Of a stretch of 64,000 bases of DNA, positions 13,735-25,965 are shown piece by piece (within the stretch, counting starts at the first letter, position 1; the number at the start of each line of letters is the position of its first letter). Source of the DNA: Chiloscyllium plagiosum (taxonomy: Eukaryota). The stretch spans positions 117,771 to 181,770 of the forward strand of contig NC_057754.1 of NCBI RefSeq assembly GCF_004010195.1. The letters are read 5' to 3'. The notes beneath the pieces were generated by a model that saw only the letters and a list, made by a program, of their open reading frames with translations, had not been told where the DNA came from and made no database searches. The position numbers and the translations under genes are program-made.

Positions 13735-14950
13735 TGCCTTCTTGAAATGCTGTGGTTCATTTAGAGGTAGATCCACAAAGCTCTGAGGGAGTTCTAGCAT
13801 TTTGACCCATTGACACTGAGAAAATGCTAATGTATTTCCACATAAGGATGGTATGGGGCTCTAAGAGAAACTTGCAGGGGTGGTGTTCCTCTGCTGCCTT
13901 TGTCCTTCAAGAAAGTAGCACTCCTGGGTTTGGAAAGTGCTGTCTCAGGAGCCTCTTTGGTGCGCCTTGTGGGTAGGACACACTGCCATTACCGGAGATT
14001 TGGATGGAGTGAACATTGAAAGTGGTAGATTGGGTGCCAAAATGGGGATTGCTTTGATCTGGATGGTATTAAGCTTTTTGAGTGTTGTCAATGCTGTACC
14101 CATCTAGGCACATGGAGCGTATTTCATCACCATTCCTGACTTGTGCCCTGTAGATGGTAGACAGTTCAGTCTCAGGTCAATGGTAAGCCCCAAGATGTTG
14201 GCAGTGGGGAATTCGGTGATCATGTCATTGAATGTAAAGGGATGATGTTTAGATTATCCTATTGCAGTTAGTCATTGTCTGGTAGTAGTGTGGTGCAAAT
14301 GTAACTTGCCACTTGTCAACTCAAACATGGATATTGTCCAGGTCTTGTTGCATTTAGATATGGACTCCTCAATATCTGAGGAGTTGTAAATGGTGCTGAA
14401 TGTTGTGCAATCATAGGGAAATATCCAACTTCTGACCTGATGATGGAGGGAAGGTCATTGATGAAGCATCTGAAGTTGGTTGAGCAGAGGGCACTACCCT
14501 GAGATGGCTGAATTCCACCAACCACAATCGCCTTCCTTTTGTGTCAGGTATGGTTCTAACAAATGGAGAACCTTTCCCCAGATTCCCCTTTAACTCCAGT
14601 GTTGTTAGGTCTCCTTGATGCCATACTTGTTCAAGTGTGGCATTACTGTAAAGGGCTGACATTCTCATCTCACCTCAAGAATTCAGTTCTTTTATCCATT
14701 TTTGAACCAAAGCTGTAATGAAATCAGGAACTAACTGACCCTGGTGGAACCCAAACTGGGCATCACTAAGCAGGTTATTATTGAGCAAGTGCTGCTTGAT
14801 CGCACTGTTGATGACACCTTCCAACACTGATGATCAAGAGTAGACTGGTCGAGTTGGATTTGTCTTGCTTTGTGTGTACAGGATATACTTAGGCAATTTT
14901 CCATGTGGGATAAATGCTAGCGTTGTACCTGTACAGGAACAGCTTGGCCA
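13735..14950 (-). mobile_element. Decayed LINE reverse-transcriptase fragment (clade not resolved)
   Basis: SQGSAL...FRCFINDLPSIIRSEVG remnant of RT motifs with frameshifts. Confidence 0.7.
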
Positions 14951-15184
14951 AAAGTGCATTGCAAAACCTTTTATAGCAAGTGAAACATGGAAGCCACAGG
15001 AAAAATCCTGCCCAACAAAAGAATTCCCACAAACTCCAATTCAACTTCTGAGGTTTGCCTTAATGGCAATGAAACTCTGATTGAACTGTCCATCATTGTT
15101 TCCTGTTCAAATTGGCTCTCATTATGTCAATAGTTAGGCTTTATGGTCAGGGAGAGTGATCCTGTCAGTTCATGAATTCCGTTC

Positions 15185-15720
15185 AATCCTGCACTGTCCT
15201 TGTCATGGGGACTTGTCTGGAGGGAGCTTTGATCCGTATCTAACTCCAAATTGTCCTGGCCCTAGGAGTTTTTGATGGGGACGCTGTAGAGGGAGCTTTA
15301 CTTTCAGTTTAAAAGATCTTTTGGTTTTAAGTACAGAGCTTTACTCTGTACTTAACCCTGTGTTATCCCTGTCCTGGGAATATTTGATAGGGTCAGTGTC
15401 TAGAAAGCCTTACTTTGTTTACTTTTAGATCAATAGAGACACCACTGCCCCTATCCTGGGAACGTTTGGGGACAGTATGGAAGTAGCTTGACTTTAAGTT
15501 TAAAGGAGTAGAGAGAGCTTTACTCTGTTTCTAACCCTGTGCTGTACTTGTTCTGTGTGTATTTGATGGGGGTGAAGGGCTTATGCCAGAAACATCGATT
15601 CTCCTGCTCCTTGGATGCTGCCTGACCTGCTGCGCTTTTCCAGCAACACATTTTTCAGCTCTGATCTCCAGCATCTGCAGTCCTCACTTTCTCCTCCATA
15701 TTTGATGGGGACAGTGTAGG
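15185..15720 (-). repeat. Dispersed ~65-70 bp tandem repeat family, interrupted by a Penelope-end insertion
   Basis: Reverse complement of the ccccatcaaacactcccaggacagg...gggttagatacagagtaaagctccctcta unit also seen at 39975-40250 and 54550-54785. Confidence 0.75.
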
Positions 15721-16499
15721 AATCATAATGTTGTGATGAACAAGAAGGATGTTTTAACATTTTAATTTTGAGATTTGTTTGAATAATAAATTTACAGTAT
15801 AGAGAGAGGCCACTGGTCAATTGACTCTACAGCTGAAATTCGAGCTACCCAGGGTAATCCCACTTCCCAACATTTGGTCCGTAGAGCTGCAGGGAATATT
15901 TAATGTTCAGGTCCTCATACTTTCTCAATAAGTCAATGGTTTCTGTCTTTACTCTCCCTTCCAGACTGGGTATTCCAGACCCTTACTGCCATCTGGGTGG
16001 AAAAAAATCTTTCCTTGTCTCCACTCCACTCCTTCAACACATTGCTTTAAATATGGGTCACTGCCGCTTCACTTTCGATGTATACAAGTCATAAAGGAGT
16101 GGAAATGTATGGTTCACTGCAGTCAGGCAGAATCCTAAGTCACAGGCAGGAACGTTCAGACCCCATTGGGTGTTCTGAAGGGCTGATTGCCTTCTTGTTG
16201 GGTGAGAGTCAACCGAGGGTCCATTTCTGTTGGGTGTGTGATCTCCTTGGGTTGGGGATCATGACATAAGACCACATCTCCGCTCTGTACTGCACCCACA
16301 GCAACAAAGTGAGCTATTCAACTGACGTGAGATTCACAGGTGTGCTGTATCCTAGCCAAGCCCAAGAACTTTGCAGCAAAATGTTGCAGGGTTTGGTTGG
16401 GGAATAGGTGTTGGTAGTATGAGGACAAGACTGGATCCAGATGTGACTGCTAGTGTTTAACCATTTCCTACCCCATTCTAGAGTCTTAAAAATAAAATT

Positions 16500-17080
16500 G
16501 AGAGGCATGGATAGTGAGGAGAATTTTTTTCTCAAGGCAGCAATGTCAATTACTAGGAAGATAGGTTTAAGGTAAAAGGGGTTAACTTTAAAGGGGATGG
16601 GAAAGGCAAGTTTTATTTTTACACATATGGTGGTAACTACCTGGAAAGTGCTGCCACAGCAGGAGGTGAAGGCGTGTACAACAGCAATGTTTAAGTGGTA
16701 TCTTGACAGATATATGAATAGGCAGGGAATAGAGGGATATGGATAGCATAGAGACAAAAGTTAGTTTAAAAGGTCATCAAGGGTTGGCATAGTCTTGGTG
16801 GGCTGAAGGGTCCGTTCCTTTTAGAGTCATGGAGTCATAGAGATGTACAGCATGGAAACAGACTTTTCGGTCCAACCCATCCAAGCCAACCGGATAGCTA
16901 ATCCAATCTAGTCCCACCTGCAAGCACCCGCCCCATATCCCTCCAAACCCTTCCTTTTCTTATACCCATCAAATGCCTCTTAAATGTTGCAATTGTACCA
17001 GCCTCCACCACTTCCTCTGGCAGCTTATTCTATACCTGTACCACCCTCTGTGTGGAAAAGTTGCCCCTTAGGTCTCTTAT
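16500..17080. mobile_element. Two CR1 3' tails in opposite orientation
   Basis: 16500-16820 (+) and 16820-17080 (-) match the other CR1 3' ends in the window. Confidence 0.75.
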
Positions 17081-17672
17081 ATTTTGTTGTACTTTTCTCT
17101 GAATTAGCTCCATGCTGACTCGACTGAGTAACATCATCCACGCCAGAGACTCAAAAGTAGTTGCACACCAACTTGTTTTACTCTTCAATCCAAGGGTGGC
17201 ACCATGAAGTGATATACATATTTGCTCCTGGTTATTTTTTTGGCCCTTTGACCCATGTCCCAGTCACTCCCTGAGAAATCAGTTTCTCAAATCTTTTGAC
17301 TCTCTGCCGTCCGTTAAGGGAAGGGGGTGTCGCAGCCCAGACAGTCCCAGCTCCCTGCCCCAATCCCTCCCACAGCTCACCTTAGTCTACCTGCAGCAGG
17401 TGGGCAGGAGTGGCTGAAACTTTCTCCTTGGAGCACAGAGGCTACCTTCAGCCACTCTTGACCTCAGAATTGGTGCAAAATAGGGTGGTCCTGGGGTGTT
17501 TCCTGATGGATACCTCCTGCCCCACTCCTGCTAGTTGTGGGTGTGAGCATTTAACTGAAAACAGCTTTTGGGAGGGGTGATACTGTCAGGCATTAAAGCC
17601 AATGTTAACTGCCTCCTCCCCCAGTCCTGTATTTGCACAGACCCTACAGGATGTGTGCATGGGTGTCAAAAA

Positions 17673-18133
17673 TTAATGCTGGGCACAGATCATTCCTCCT
17701 GGTTTCCTGGGAGGACTCCTGTTCCTACTGGTGGACAGTTGCCAGAAGTCCATCTTAGCAACAGTGGCGATTTTCTTGTTCCACTCATCCACAACCATCA
17801 CCTTCTCGGCCAGTGTGTAATCCATGGTGTCCTGGTGTTTCTGTAGAATGTGCCTCTTGATGGTACTGAGCTTGAGGGTGGCCAGGGCACTGCCACACAC
17901 CATGCAGACCAGGCCATGTCGCCACTGGTCATAGTCCATCAGGTACTCGAGTCGCCAGCGCTCCTGATAGTTCCTCCAATGGTCCCTCCCTCGGCCTCGG
18001 CCCCGGCCCCTGACTGTCTGTGCCGGTAAGCTCAGATCTGGCTCCTCCACGCACACTTCAATTTCCACAGGGCTCGTTTCCCCACCCCAACCTGGGGACA
18101 CGTCCTTTGCAAACTCCACGACTGGATTTTCCT
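17673..18133 (-). CDS. ZFTA: ZFTA-like terminal coding exon, zinc finger 5
   Basis: attgtag| acceptor, phase 1; RGRGRGRGRDHWRNYQERWRLEYLMDYD...[27 protein letters not shown] at 17673-17675. Confidence 0.88.
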
Positions 18134-18199
18134 CTACAATGCAAAAACAGGACAGTAACAATTTGCATTTTAATACCACCTACAGCACACTAAAACATC

Positions 18200-19355
18200 C
18201 ATAAGACGTAGGAGCAGAAATTAGACCATTCAACCTATCGAGTCTGCTCTGCCATTCATTCATGGCTGATAAGGTTCTCAACCCCATTCCCCTGCTTTTT
18301 CCCCATAACCCTTGATCCCCTTGACACGCAAGAGCCTATCTATTGCAGTCTTAAATATAATGAAAGATCTGGCCTCCATGCCTTCTGTGGCAATGAATTA
18401 CATAGATTCACCAATCTCTGGCTGAAGAAGTTTCTCCTTCTATCCGTTCTGAAAGGTCTTCCCTTTACTCTAAGGCTGTATGCTTGGGTCCTAATCTCTC
18501 TTGCCAATGGAAACATTTTCCCAATATCTACTCTGTCCAGGATATTCAGTATTCTATAAGTTTCAATTAGATGGTGTGCGTTGCCAGATAACCCCGAGAA
18601 ATGTTCGGATAACCGGCACTCAGAAATTACTGTTTGTCTATGATCAGGTTGTTTATCGGAATGATCAATTATCTGAAAAAAATGGTCCCCGTCCATCTCG
18701 TTGGGATAGTCAAGGTTTTACTGTACTCCAAATGTGGTCTGACCAGAGCCTCAAGTACATCCCTGCTTTTATCTTCAAGTCCTCCCAAAATAAATGTCAT
18801 AATTGCATTTGCCGCCTTAACTACTGACTCAACCTACAAGTTTACCTTGAGAGACTCCAAGACTAGAACTCCCAAGTCTCATTGCACTTCAGACTTCTGA
18901 ATTTCTGCCCATTTAGAAAATAGTCCATGCCTCTATTCTTCCTACCAAAGTGCATGACCTCACACTTTCCCACACTGTACCCATCTGCCACTTGCCCAGT
19001 CTTCCAACCTGTCCAAATCCTTCTGCAGCCTTCCTGCCTCCTCAATGCTCCCTGTCCCTCTACCTATCTTTGTATCATCTGCAAACGTAACCAGAATGCT
19101 CTCAGTGCCTTCATCTAGATCGTTAATGTATAAAGTGAAAAGTTGTAGTCCCAACACTGACCCTTGTGGAACACCACTTGTCACCAGCTGCCATTCTGAG
19201 AAGGACCCTTTTATTCCCACTCTGCTCTCTGCCAGAGAGCCAAGCTTCTATCCATGCTAGCGCCTTGCCTCTAACACCATGGATCCTTATCTTACTCAGT
19301 AGCCTCCTGTGTGTACCTTGTCAAAGGTCTTTAAGTCCTGGTAGATAATATCCAT
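18200..19355 (-). mobile_element. CR1-type LINE fragment(s) in ZFTA intron 4
   Basis: VTSGVPQGSVLGLQLFTLYINDLD...FADDTKIG on the minus strand. Confidence 0.88.
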
Positions 19356-20361
19356 CAACGTGGATCTAACATCCATCCATCACAGAACACTTCACAGAAG
19401 TGTTATTCAGGTTGCATTTGAAGAGTAGCCATGTAAGAAAGAAACAGGGACTTGCAACGAAATGAGGTCAGAGCAATCTGTTTTAAGGAGCGTTTCACAG
19501 GATGAAGACATCAGTTATAGAGTGGATTCCAGAGCTTAGGACCACAGACATCCAATGACACACTGCCAGGGATGGAGCAATGGGATTTGCGGTAAACTCA
19601 AAAGATCAGAATTGGAGGATGTTAGACAGGAAGAGTTGTAGGCACTGGAGGTGACAGCTGGGGGAGGGGTGTGAAGGTCACAAAGGGATTGAAATCAATG
19701 AAGAGAGTTTAGAAGTGGAACCATTGATGGATCAGGTTCTGAGAACACAGAATAATGGGTAAACTAGGATTTCCCCATGATTGCCATCTGTGATGTGTCA
19801 TCAAATCACACACACCAACATTCACTCATGGCTCTGATACTGCTCTGGATATACTTGGGAACCTGAACCCAGAACATTAATGCATGTCAATCAGGCTCTG
19901 GGTCATGTCTTGCCCTGTACTCGCTCCCCTCTAATGCACCTCTCCTTTGAGACTCAACATCCAATTGAGCTCAGTGCTGACTCTCAACACCAGCCCCTTC
20001 TTGGTATAATTTACCAAGTTGTTACAGTAGGTAACCGACGATTTCTCTATCAGGCCCAAGCCTGTTCTTGCGCTATTCTGGATATGAGACATGTTGGATC
20101 AGCCATGAGTCTATTGAATGGCGGAGCAGGCTTGAGGGGCCGAACAGCCTGCTCCTGTTCCAAGTTCTTATAGTTTTATGGAAGTTGCATGATGATGGGT
20201 CTACACAGCTACAAGATGTAGGAAGCTGTAATGACAGCGTGACATTTTGATATGGTCAGTTTTCCTTGGAGAAACTTCTTGTGGATAACTGCCTCAGAAT
20301 TATAGATTGGAGGTGTGTGAACTCTTTTGATAGTCAAGAGATCTGATAGCAATGACTTTAC

Positions 20362-21084
20362 CTGTAACTGCAGACTGTATCCTAAGGGCTGACAATTCCT
20401 CTTCCCGCGATTCGATCACTGCACTCTCCTGCAGAGATATAGTTTTCTTCCAGACATCCAGAACGTTCTTCCTCTCGGCCTGGTTGAAGTTAAGGGAGTG
20501 CGGGTGGTTCTGAAGGATGTGCCGTTTGATGGTGCAGAGGGCTACAGTAGCCAACGATTTTCCACACACCATGCAGACGAGGGTGTGCCACCACTGGTCA
20601 TAGTCCATCAGGTACTCGAACCGCCAGTGCTCTTGGTAGTGACAGCGTGGCTTCTTACCGGCTGACCAGTTAGAACCTGTCCCGGGCATCACCAGTTGCA
20701 CCGCTGTGCAGTCGCGCTGCAAAGCCCTCTCATTCCAGGCTTCCAGAATGTTCTCCTTCTCGGCCTGGTTGAAGTGCAGCGAGTGCGGATGGTTTTGGAG
20801 GATGTGTCGTTTGATGGTGCTGAGGGTGAGAGTAGCCAGGGATTTGCCACACACCATGCAGACTAGGCCATGCCGCCACCAGTCATAGTCCATCAGGTGT
20901 TCAAACCTCCAGCGTTCCTGGTAGTAACGACGGATACCTTTACTGGGCAACGGAGCCAGGGGGTTGTGCTGTGGCACCACCCGGTTATTATCAACAGGGA
21001 GTTGTGATTGATCCAGCAACACAGGAAAACCCACCACCTCGACAACTGAGCCAACATGAAGAGGATCCAAACGGACTTCGGTCC
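20362..21084 (-). CDS. ZFTA: ZFTA-like exon, zinc fingers 3 and 4
   Basis: ttcctgaag| acceptor, CAG|gtaaag donor, phase 1-1; two copies of YQExWRFExLMDYD...LVCMVCGKSLAT...[14 protein letters not shown]. Confidence 0.88.
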
Positions 21085-21210
21085 CTTCAGGAACAAGGGA
21101 AAACGTAACAAATTCACCAGCAGATAGTGACACACTCGCTCCTCCTCACCCACACGTTGGCTCCGCAGCCCCCACCAATGCATTACCCATGTGGCTGGGA
21201 GAGGGGAAAA

Positions 21211-23085
21211 GGAGTTGGCCTCAGGACCAGGCGGTTGGGTGCACGCGGAGGGAGTTGGCCTCAGGACCAGGCGGTTGGGTGAGACCGGAGGCAGTTGGCC
21301 TCAGGACCAGGCGGTTGGGTGCGCGCGGAGGGAGTTGGCCTCAGGACCTGGCAGTTGGGTGCGCGAGGAGGGAGTTGGCCTCAGGACCTGGCGGTTGGGT
21401 GCGCGCGGAGGGAGTTGGCCTCAGGACCAGGCGGTTGGGTGAGACCGGAGGGAGTTGGCCTCAGGACCAGGCGGAGGGAGTTGGCCTCAGGACCAGGCGG
21501 TTGGGTGCGCGCGGAGGGAGTTGGCCTCAGGACCAGGCGGAGGGAGTTGGCCTCAGGACCAGGCAGTTGGGTGCGCGCGGAGGGAGTTGGCCTCAGGACC
21601 TGGCGGTTGGGTGCCCGCGGAGGGAGTTGGCCTCAGGACCTGGCGGTTGGGTGCGCGCGGTGGGAGTTGGCCTCAGGACCAGGCGGTTGGGTGCGCGCAG
21701 AGGGAGTTGGCCTCAGGACCAGGTGGTTGGGTGCGCGCGGAGGGAGTTGGCCTCAGGACCTGGCGGTTGGGTGCGCGCGGAGGGAGTTGGCCTCAGGACC
21801 TGGCGGTTGGGTACGCGCGGAGGTGGTTAGCCTCAGGACCTGGCGGTTGGGTGCGCGCGGAGGTGGTTGGCCTCAGGACCTGGCGGTTGGGTGCGCGCGG
21901 AGGGAGTTGGCCTCAGGACCAGGCGGAGGGAGTTGGCCTCAGGACCAGGCGGTTGGGTGCGCGCGGAGGTGGTTGGCCTCAGGACCTGGCGGTTGGGTGC
22001 GCGCGGAGGTGGTTGGCCTCAGGACCTGGCGGTTGGGTACGCGCGGAGGTGGTTAGCCTCAGGACCTGGCGGTTGGGTGCGCGCGGAGGTGGTTGGCCTC
22101 AGGACCTGGCGGTTGGGTGCGCGCGGAGGGAGTTGGCCTCAGGACCTGGCGGTTGGGTGCGCGCGAAGGGAGTTGGCCTCAGGACCTGGCGTTGGGTGAG
22201 CGCGGAGGGAGTTGGCCTCAGGACCAGGCGGTTGGGTGCGCGCGAAGGGAGTTGGCCTCAGGACCTGGCGTTGGGTGAGCGCGGAGGGAGTTGGCCTCAG
22301 GACCAGGCGGAGGGAGTTGGCCTCAGGACCTGGCGGTTGGGTGCGCGCGGAGGGAGTTGGCCTCAGGACCGCGCGGATGGAGTTGGCCTCAGGACCAGGC
22401 GGTTGGGTGCGCGCGGAGGGAGTTGGCCTCAGGACCAGGCGGTTGGGTGAGCGCGGAGGGAGTTGGCCTCAGGACCAGGCAGAGGGAGTTGACCTCAGGA
22501 CCAGGCGGTTGGGTGCGCGCGGAGGGAGTTGGCCTCCGGACCAGGCGGTTGGGTGCGCGCGGAGGGAGTTGGCCTCAGGACCAGGCGGTTGGGTGCGCGC
22601 GGAGGGAGTTGGCCTCAGGACCTGGCGGAGGGAGTTGGCCTCAGGACCAGGTGGTTGGGTGCGCGCGGAGGGGGTTGGCCTCAGGACCAGGCGGAGGGAG
22701 TTGGCCTCAGGACCAGGCGGTTGGGTACGCGCGGAGGGAGTTGGCCTCAGGACCAGGCGGTTGGGTACGCGCGGAGGTGGTTGGCCTCAGGACCTGGCGG
22801 TTGGGTGCGCGCGGAGTGGTTTGGCCTCAGGACCAGGCGGAGGGAGTTGGCCTCAGGACCAGGTGGTTGGGTGCGCACGGAGGGAGTTGGCCTCAGGACC
22901 AGGCGGTTGGGTGCGCGCGGAGGGAGTTGGCCTCAGGACCAGGCGGTTGGGTGCGCGCGGAGGGAGTTGGCCTCAGGACCAGGCAGAGGGAGTTGGCCTC
23001 AGGACCAGGCGGTTGGGTGCGCGCGGAGGGAGTTGGCCTCAGGACCAGGTGGTTGGGTGCGCGCGGAGGGAGTTGGCCTCAGGAC
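21211..23085. repeat. GC/CpG-rich minisatellite (40-bp unit with 26- and 39-bp variants), roughly 50 units, in ZFTA intron 3
   Basis: Tandem ggagttggcctcaggaccaggcggttgggtgcgcgcggag and the shorter ggagttggcctcaggaccaggcggag. Confidence 0.97.
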
Positions 23086-23105
23086 TTGGTTGAGCTGCTC
23101 TGTAC

Positions 23106-23822
23106 CTGTCAGTGTCTCTGGCTCCACCCCTGGCTGCCGGTCACTGGTCTCTGATTGGTGACGCTCGTGCCGCCCCTCCCCTATACAGCAGTCCGAATGG
23201 AATCGATGTGACACATTTCCTGGCACCTGTCGCACTTGGTCGACGCTCGATTGGTCAACGACGCTGTCCATCATAGAGGTTGGCCTCCCTGGAACTGATT
23301 GGTCTTGCAGCATAGTACCCTCCCCTGGCACCTGCGGTAACTGACCGTCGCCGTGGGATAGAGCGGGAAACCGGGTCCCGTGCAATTCGAGGCCCGATTG
23401 GTGGGAAACGGCGGGAGCCGTGTTATCGACCGCTGATTGGTCTGTGTGAGGGAGGAGGCGGTGCCTTAGGTGTCCCGCTTCTGTTAAGGGGGGCTGTGTT
23501 TGGTGCAGGAGCCGATCCATCCAAGTGGCCATTACGACGCGTCGCTGACGGGCAGTCAGACTGAGTGAGGCCTGGTGCCTTTGGAGGATGTGCCGCTTTA
23601 TGGTGCTCAGCTTGAGAGTGGCCAGGCCGCTGCCGCACACCATACACACCAGGCCATGTCGCACGCCATCGTAATCCATCAGGTACTCCGTCCGCCAGCG
23701 CTCCTGGTAGTACCGCCTCACAGGCCGCCGGCTCAGCGCCCCCTTTGCCGGGTCCGGCCTTGGCGGAGACATCCTACCCGGAGCGGCCTCAGCCGACCTT
23801 TGATCCGCGGCCGGAGGTATCC
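23106..23822 (-). CDS. ZFTA: ZFTA-like exon, zinc finger 2
   Basis: cccacag| acceptor at 23822; [48 protein letters not shown]. The donor CAG|gtacag at 23106 is the best phase-1 candidate before the minisatellite but is less certain. Confidence 0.8.
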
Positions 23823-24820
23823 CTGTGGGAGGGGAAAAAAATGGCACATCCGTTGGACGTCTCTTGATTTTTTTTCCCCAAAATTCAATCTGGCTCCACC
23901 CCCATAGGAAGCCATTCTGCCCCTCGAGCCTGTTATCCCATTCCTCATGTCCACTTTCCTCGATTCCCTGACTGATCAGAATCTATTTATTGAAACCTTA
24001 CAAGGACTTTGCCCCCACAGCGCTCTGTGGCAAAGGGTTTCAAAGATTCACAACACTCTTGAGAGAAAATAAATTCCTCATTTACCTCAGTTTTCAGTTG
24101 GTGCTCATTTATTCCTTGACTCTTCCATGAGGGGAAACATCTGCTCAGCATTTACTCTGTCGAGATCCTTAGGAATCCCAGATGTCTCTATAAGATCACC
24201 TTTCATTCTTCTCAACTCCAGTGAGTAGAGTCGTAAAGATCTCAGCATGAAAACAGGCCCTTCGGTCCATGTGGACTAGGTATCCTAAATTAATCCAGTC
24301 ACATTTGCCAGCATTTGGCCCATTTATATACCCATGGGTATATAAATAGGCCCTTCCTATTTATATACCCATCCAGATGCCTTTTAAATGTTGCAATTGT
24401 ACCAGCTTCCATCATTTCCTCTGGCAGCTCATTCCATACACGCATCACCTTCTACATGAAAACATTGCCCCTTAGGTTTAGACTCTCCTAAGCTGGGGAA
24501 AAAGACTTTGGCTATTCACTCCATCCATACCCTTCATGATTTTATAAACCTCAACCTCCAATGCTCCAGGTTAAATGGTAGAGTCCCAACAGGTTAACCT
24601 TTGTTCATAACACAATTCCTCCATATTGGGGATCAGTCTAGCGAACCTTCTCTGTACAGCCTCCAATGAAATTATATGTTTCCTTAAATAAGAAAATAAA
24701 TACTGCTGTCAGTACTCCAGATGTGGTCTCACCAGCACCTTGGACAGTTGTGGTGAGACTTCCTACTCTTACACTCCAATCTCCTTGAAATAACATTAGC
24801 CTTCCTGATTACCTCAAGAT

Positions 24821-25965
24821 TATTGTATCGGCGCTGCCTCGTGCTCCCACGAGGAGTTTGAACAGTTCATCCACTTTACCAACACCTTCCGCCCCGACCT
24901 CAAATTCACCTGGACCATCTCAGACTCCTCCCTCCCCTTCCTAGACCTTTCCATTTCTATCTCGGGTGACCGAATCGACACGGACATCTACTATAAACCG
25001 ACCGACTCCCACAGCTACCTAGACTACACCTCCTCCCACCCTGCCCCCTGTAAAAACGCCATCCCATATTCCCAATTCCTTCGTCTCCACCGCATCTGCT
25101 CCCAGGAGGACCAGTTCCAAAACCGTACAACCCAGATGGCCTCCTTCTTCAAGGACCGCAACTTCTCCCCAGACGTGGTCGACGATGCTCTCCACCGCAT
25201 CTCTTCCANNNNNNNNNNNNNNNNNNNNNNNNNNNNNNNNNNNNNNNNNNNNNNNNNNNNNNNNNNNNNNNNNNNNNNNNNNNNNNNNNNNNNNNNNNNN
25301 NNNNNNNNNNNNNNNNNNNNNNNNNNNNNNNNNNNNNNNNNNNNNNNNNNNNNNNNNNNNNNNNNNNNNNNNNNNNNNNNNNNNNNNNNNNNNNNNNNNN
25401 NNNNNNNNNNNNNNNNNNNNNNNNNNNNNNNNNNNNNNNNNNNNNNNNNNNNNNNNNNNNNNNNNNNNNNNNNNNNNNNNNNNNNNNNNNNNNNNNNNNN
25501 NNNNNNNNNNNNNNNNNNNNNNNNNNNNNNNNNNNNNNNNNNNNNNNNNNNNNNNNNNNNNNNNNNNNNNNNNNNNNNNNNNNNNNNNNNNNNNNNNNNN
25601 NNNNNNNNNNNNNNNNNNNNNNNNNNNNNNNNNNNNNNNNNNNNNNNNNNNNNNNNNNNNNNNNNNNNNNNNNNNNNNNNNNNNNNNNNNNNNNNNNNNN
25701 NNNNNNNNNNNNNNNNNNNNNNNNNNNNNNNNNNNNNNNNNNNNNNNNNNNNNNNNNNNNNNNNNNNNNNNNNNNNNNNNNNNNTCGCTCCACCTATCGC
25801 AATTCCAACGCCCCTCCCCCAAGTCCCTCCTCCCTACCTTTTATCTTAGCCTGCTGGACACACTTTCCTCATGCCTGAAGAAGGGCTTATGCCCGAAACA
25901 TCGATTCTCCTGTTCCTTGGATGCTGTCTGACCTGCTGCGCTTTTCCAGCAACACATTTTCAGCT
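24821..25965 (+). mobile_element. Penelope-like retroelement fragment (RT C-terminal part, gap, 3' end) with 16-bp TSD
   Basis: Translates FLDLSISISGDRIDTDIYYKPTDSHSYLDYTSSHPAPCKNAIPYSQFLRLHRICS, typical of PLE reverse transcriptase; ctgattacctcaagat at 24805-24820 and 25966-25981. Confidence 0.85.
25209..25784. other. Assembly gap (N run) inside a Penelope-like element
   Basis: Run of N. Confidence 1.

Noticed and set aside
21211..23085. CRISPR-like repeat/spacer appearance
   Set aside because: The intervening sequences are near-identical rather than unique spacers; eukaryotic context, no cas genes.
21189..23161. Long overlapping + strand ORFs (200-330 aa, G/W/R-rich)
   Set aside because: They arise because the minisatellite unit lacks stops on that strand; unit length is not a multiple of 3, there is no proper start context, and they are antisense within a ZFTA intron.
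25019..25931. ORFs spanning the N run (likewise 34478-35138)
   Set aside because: Open only because of assembly gaps.
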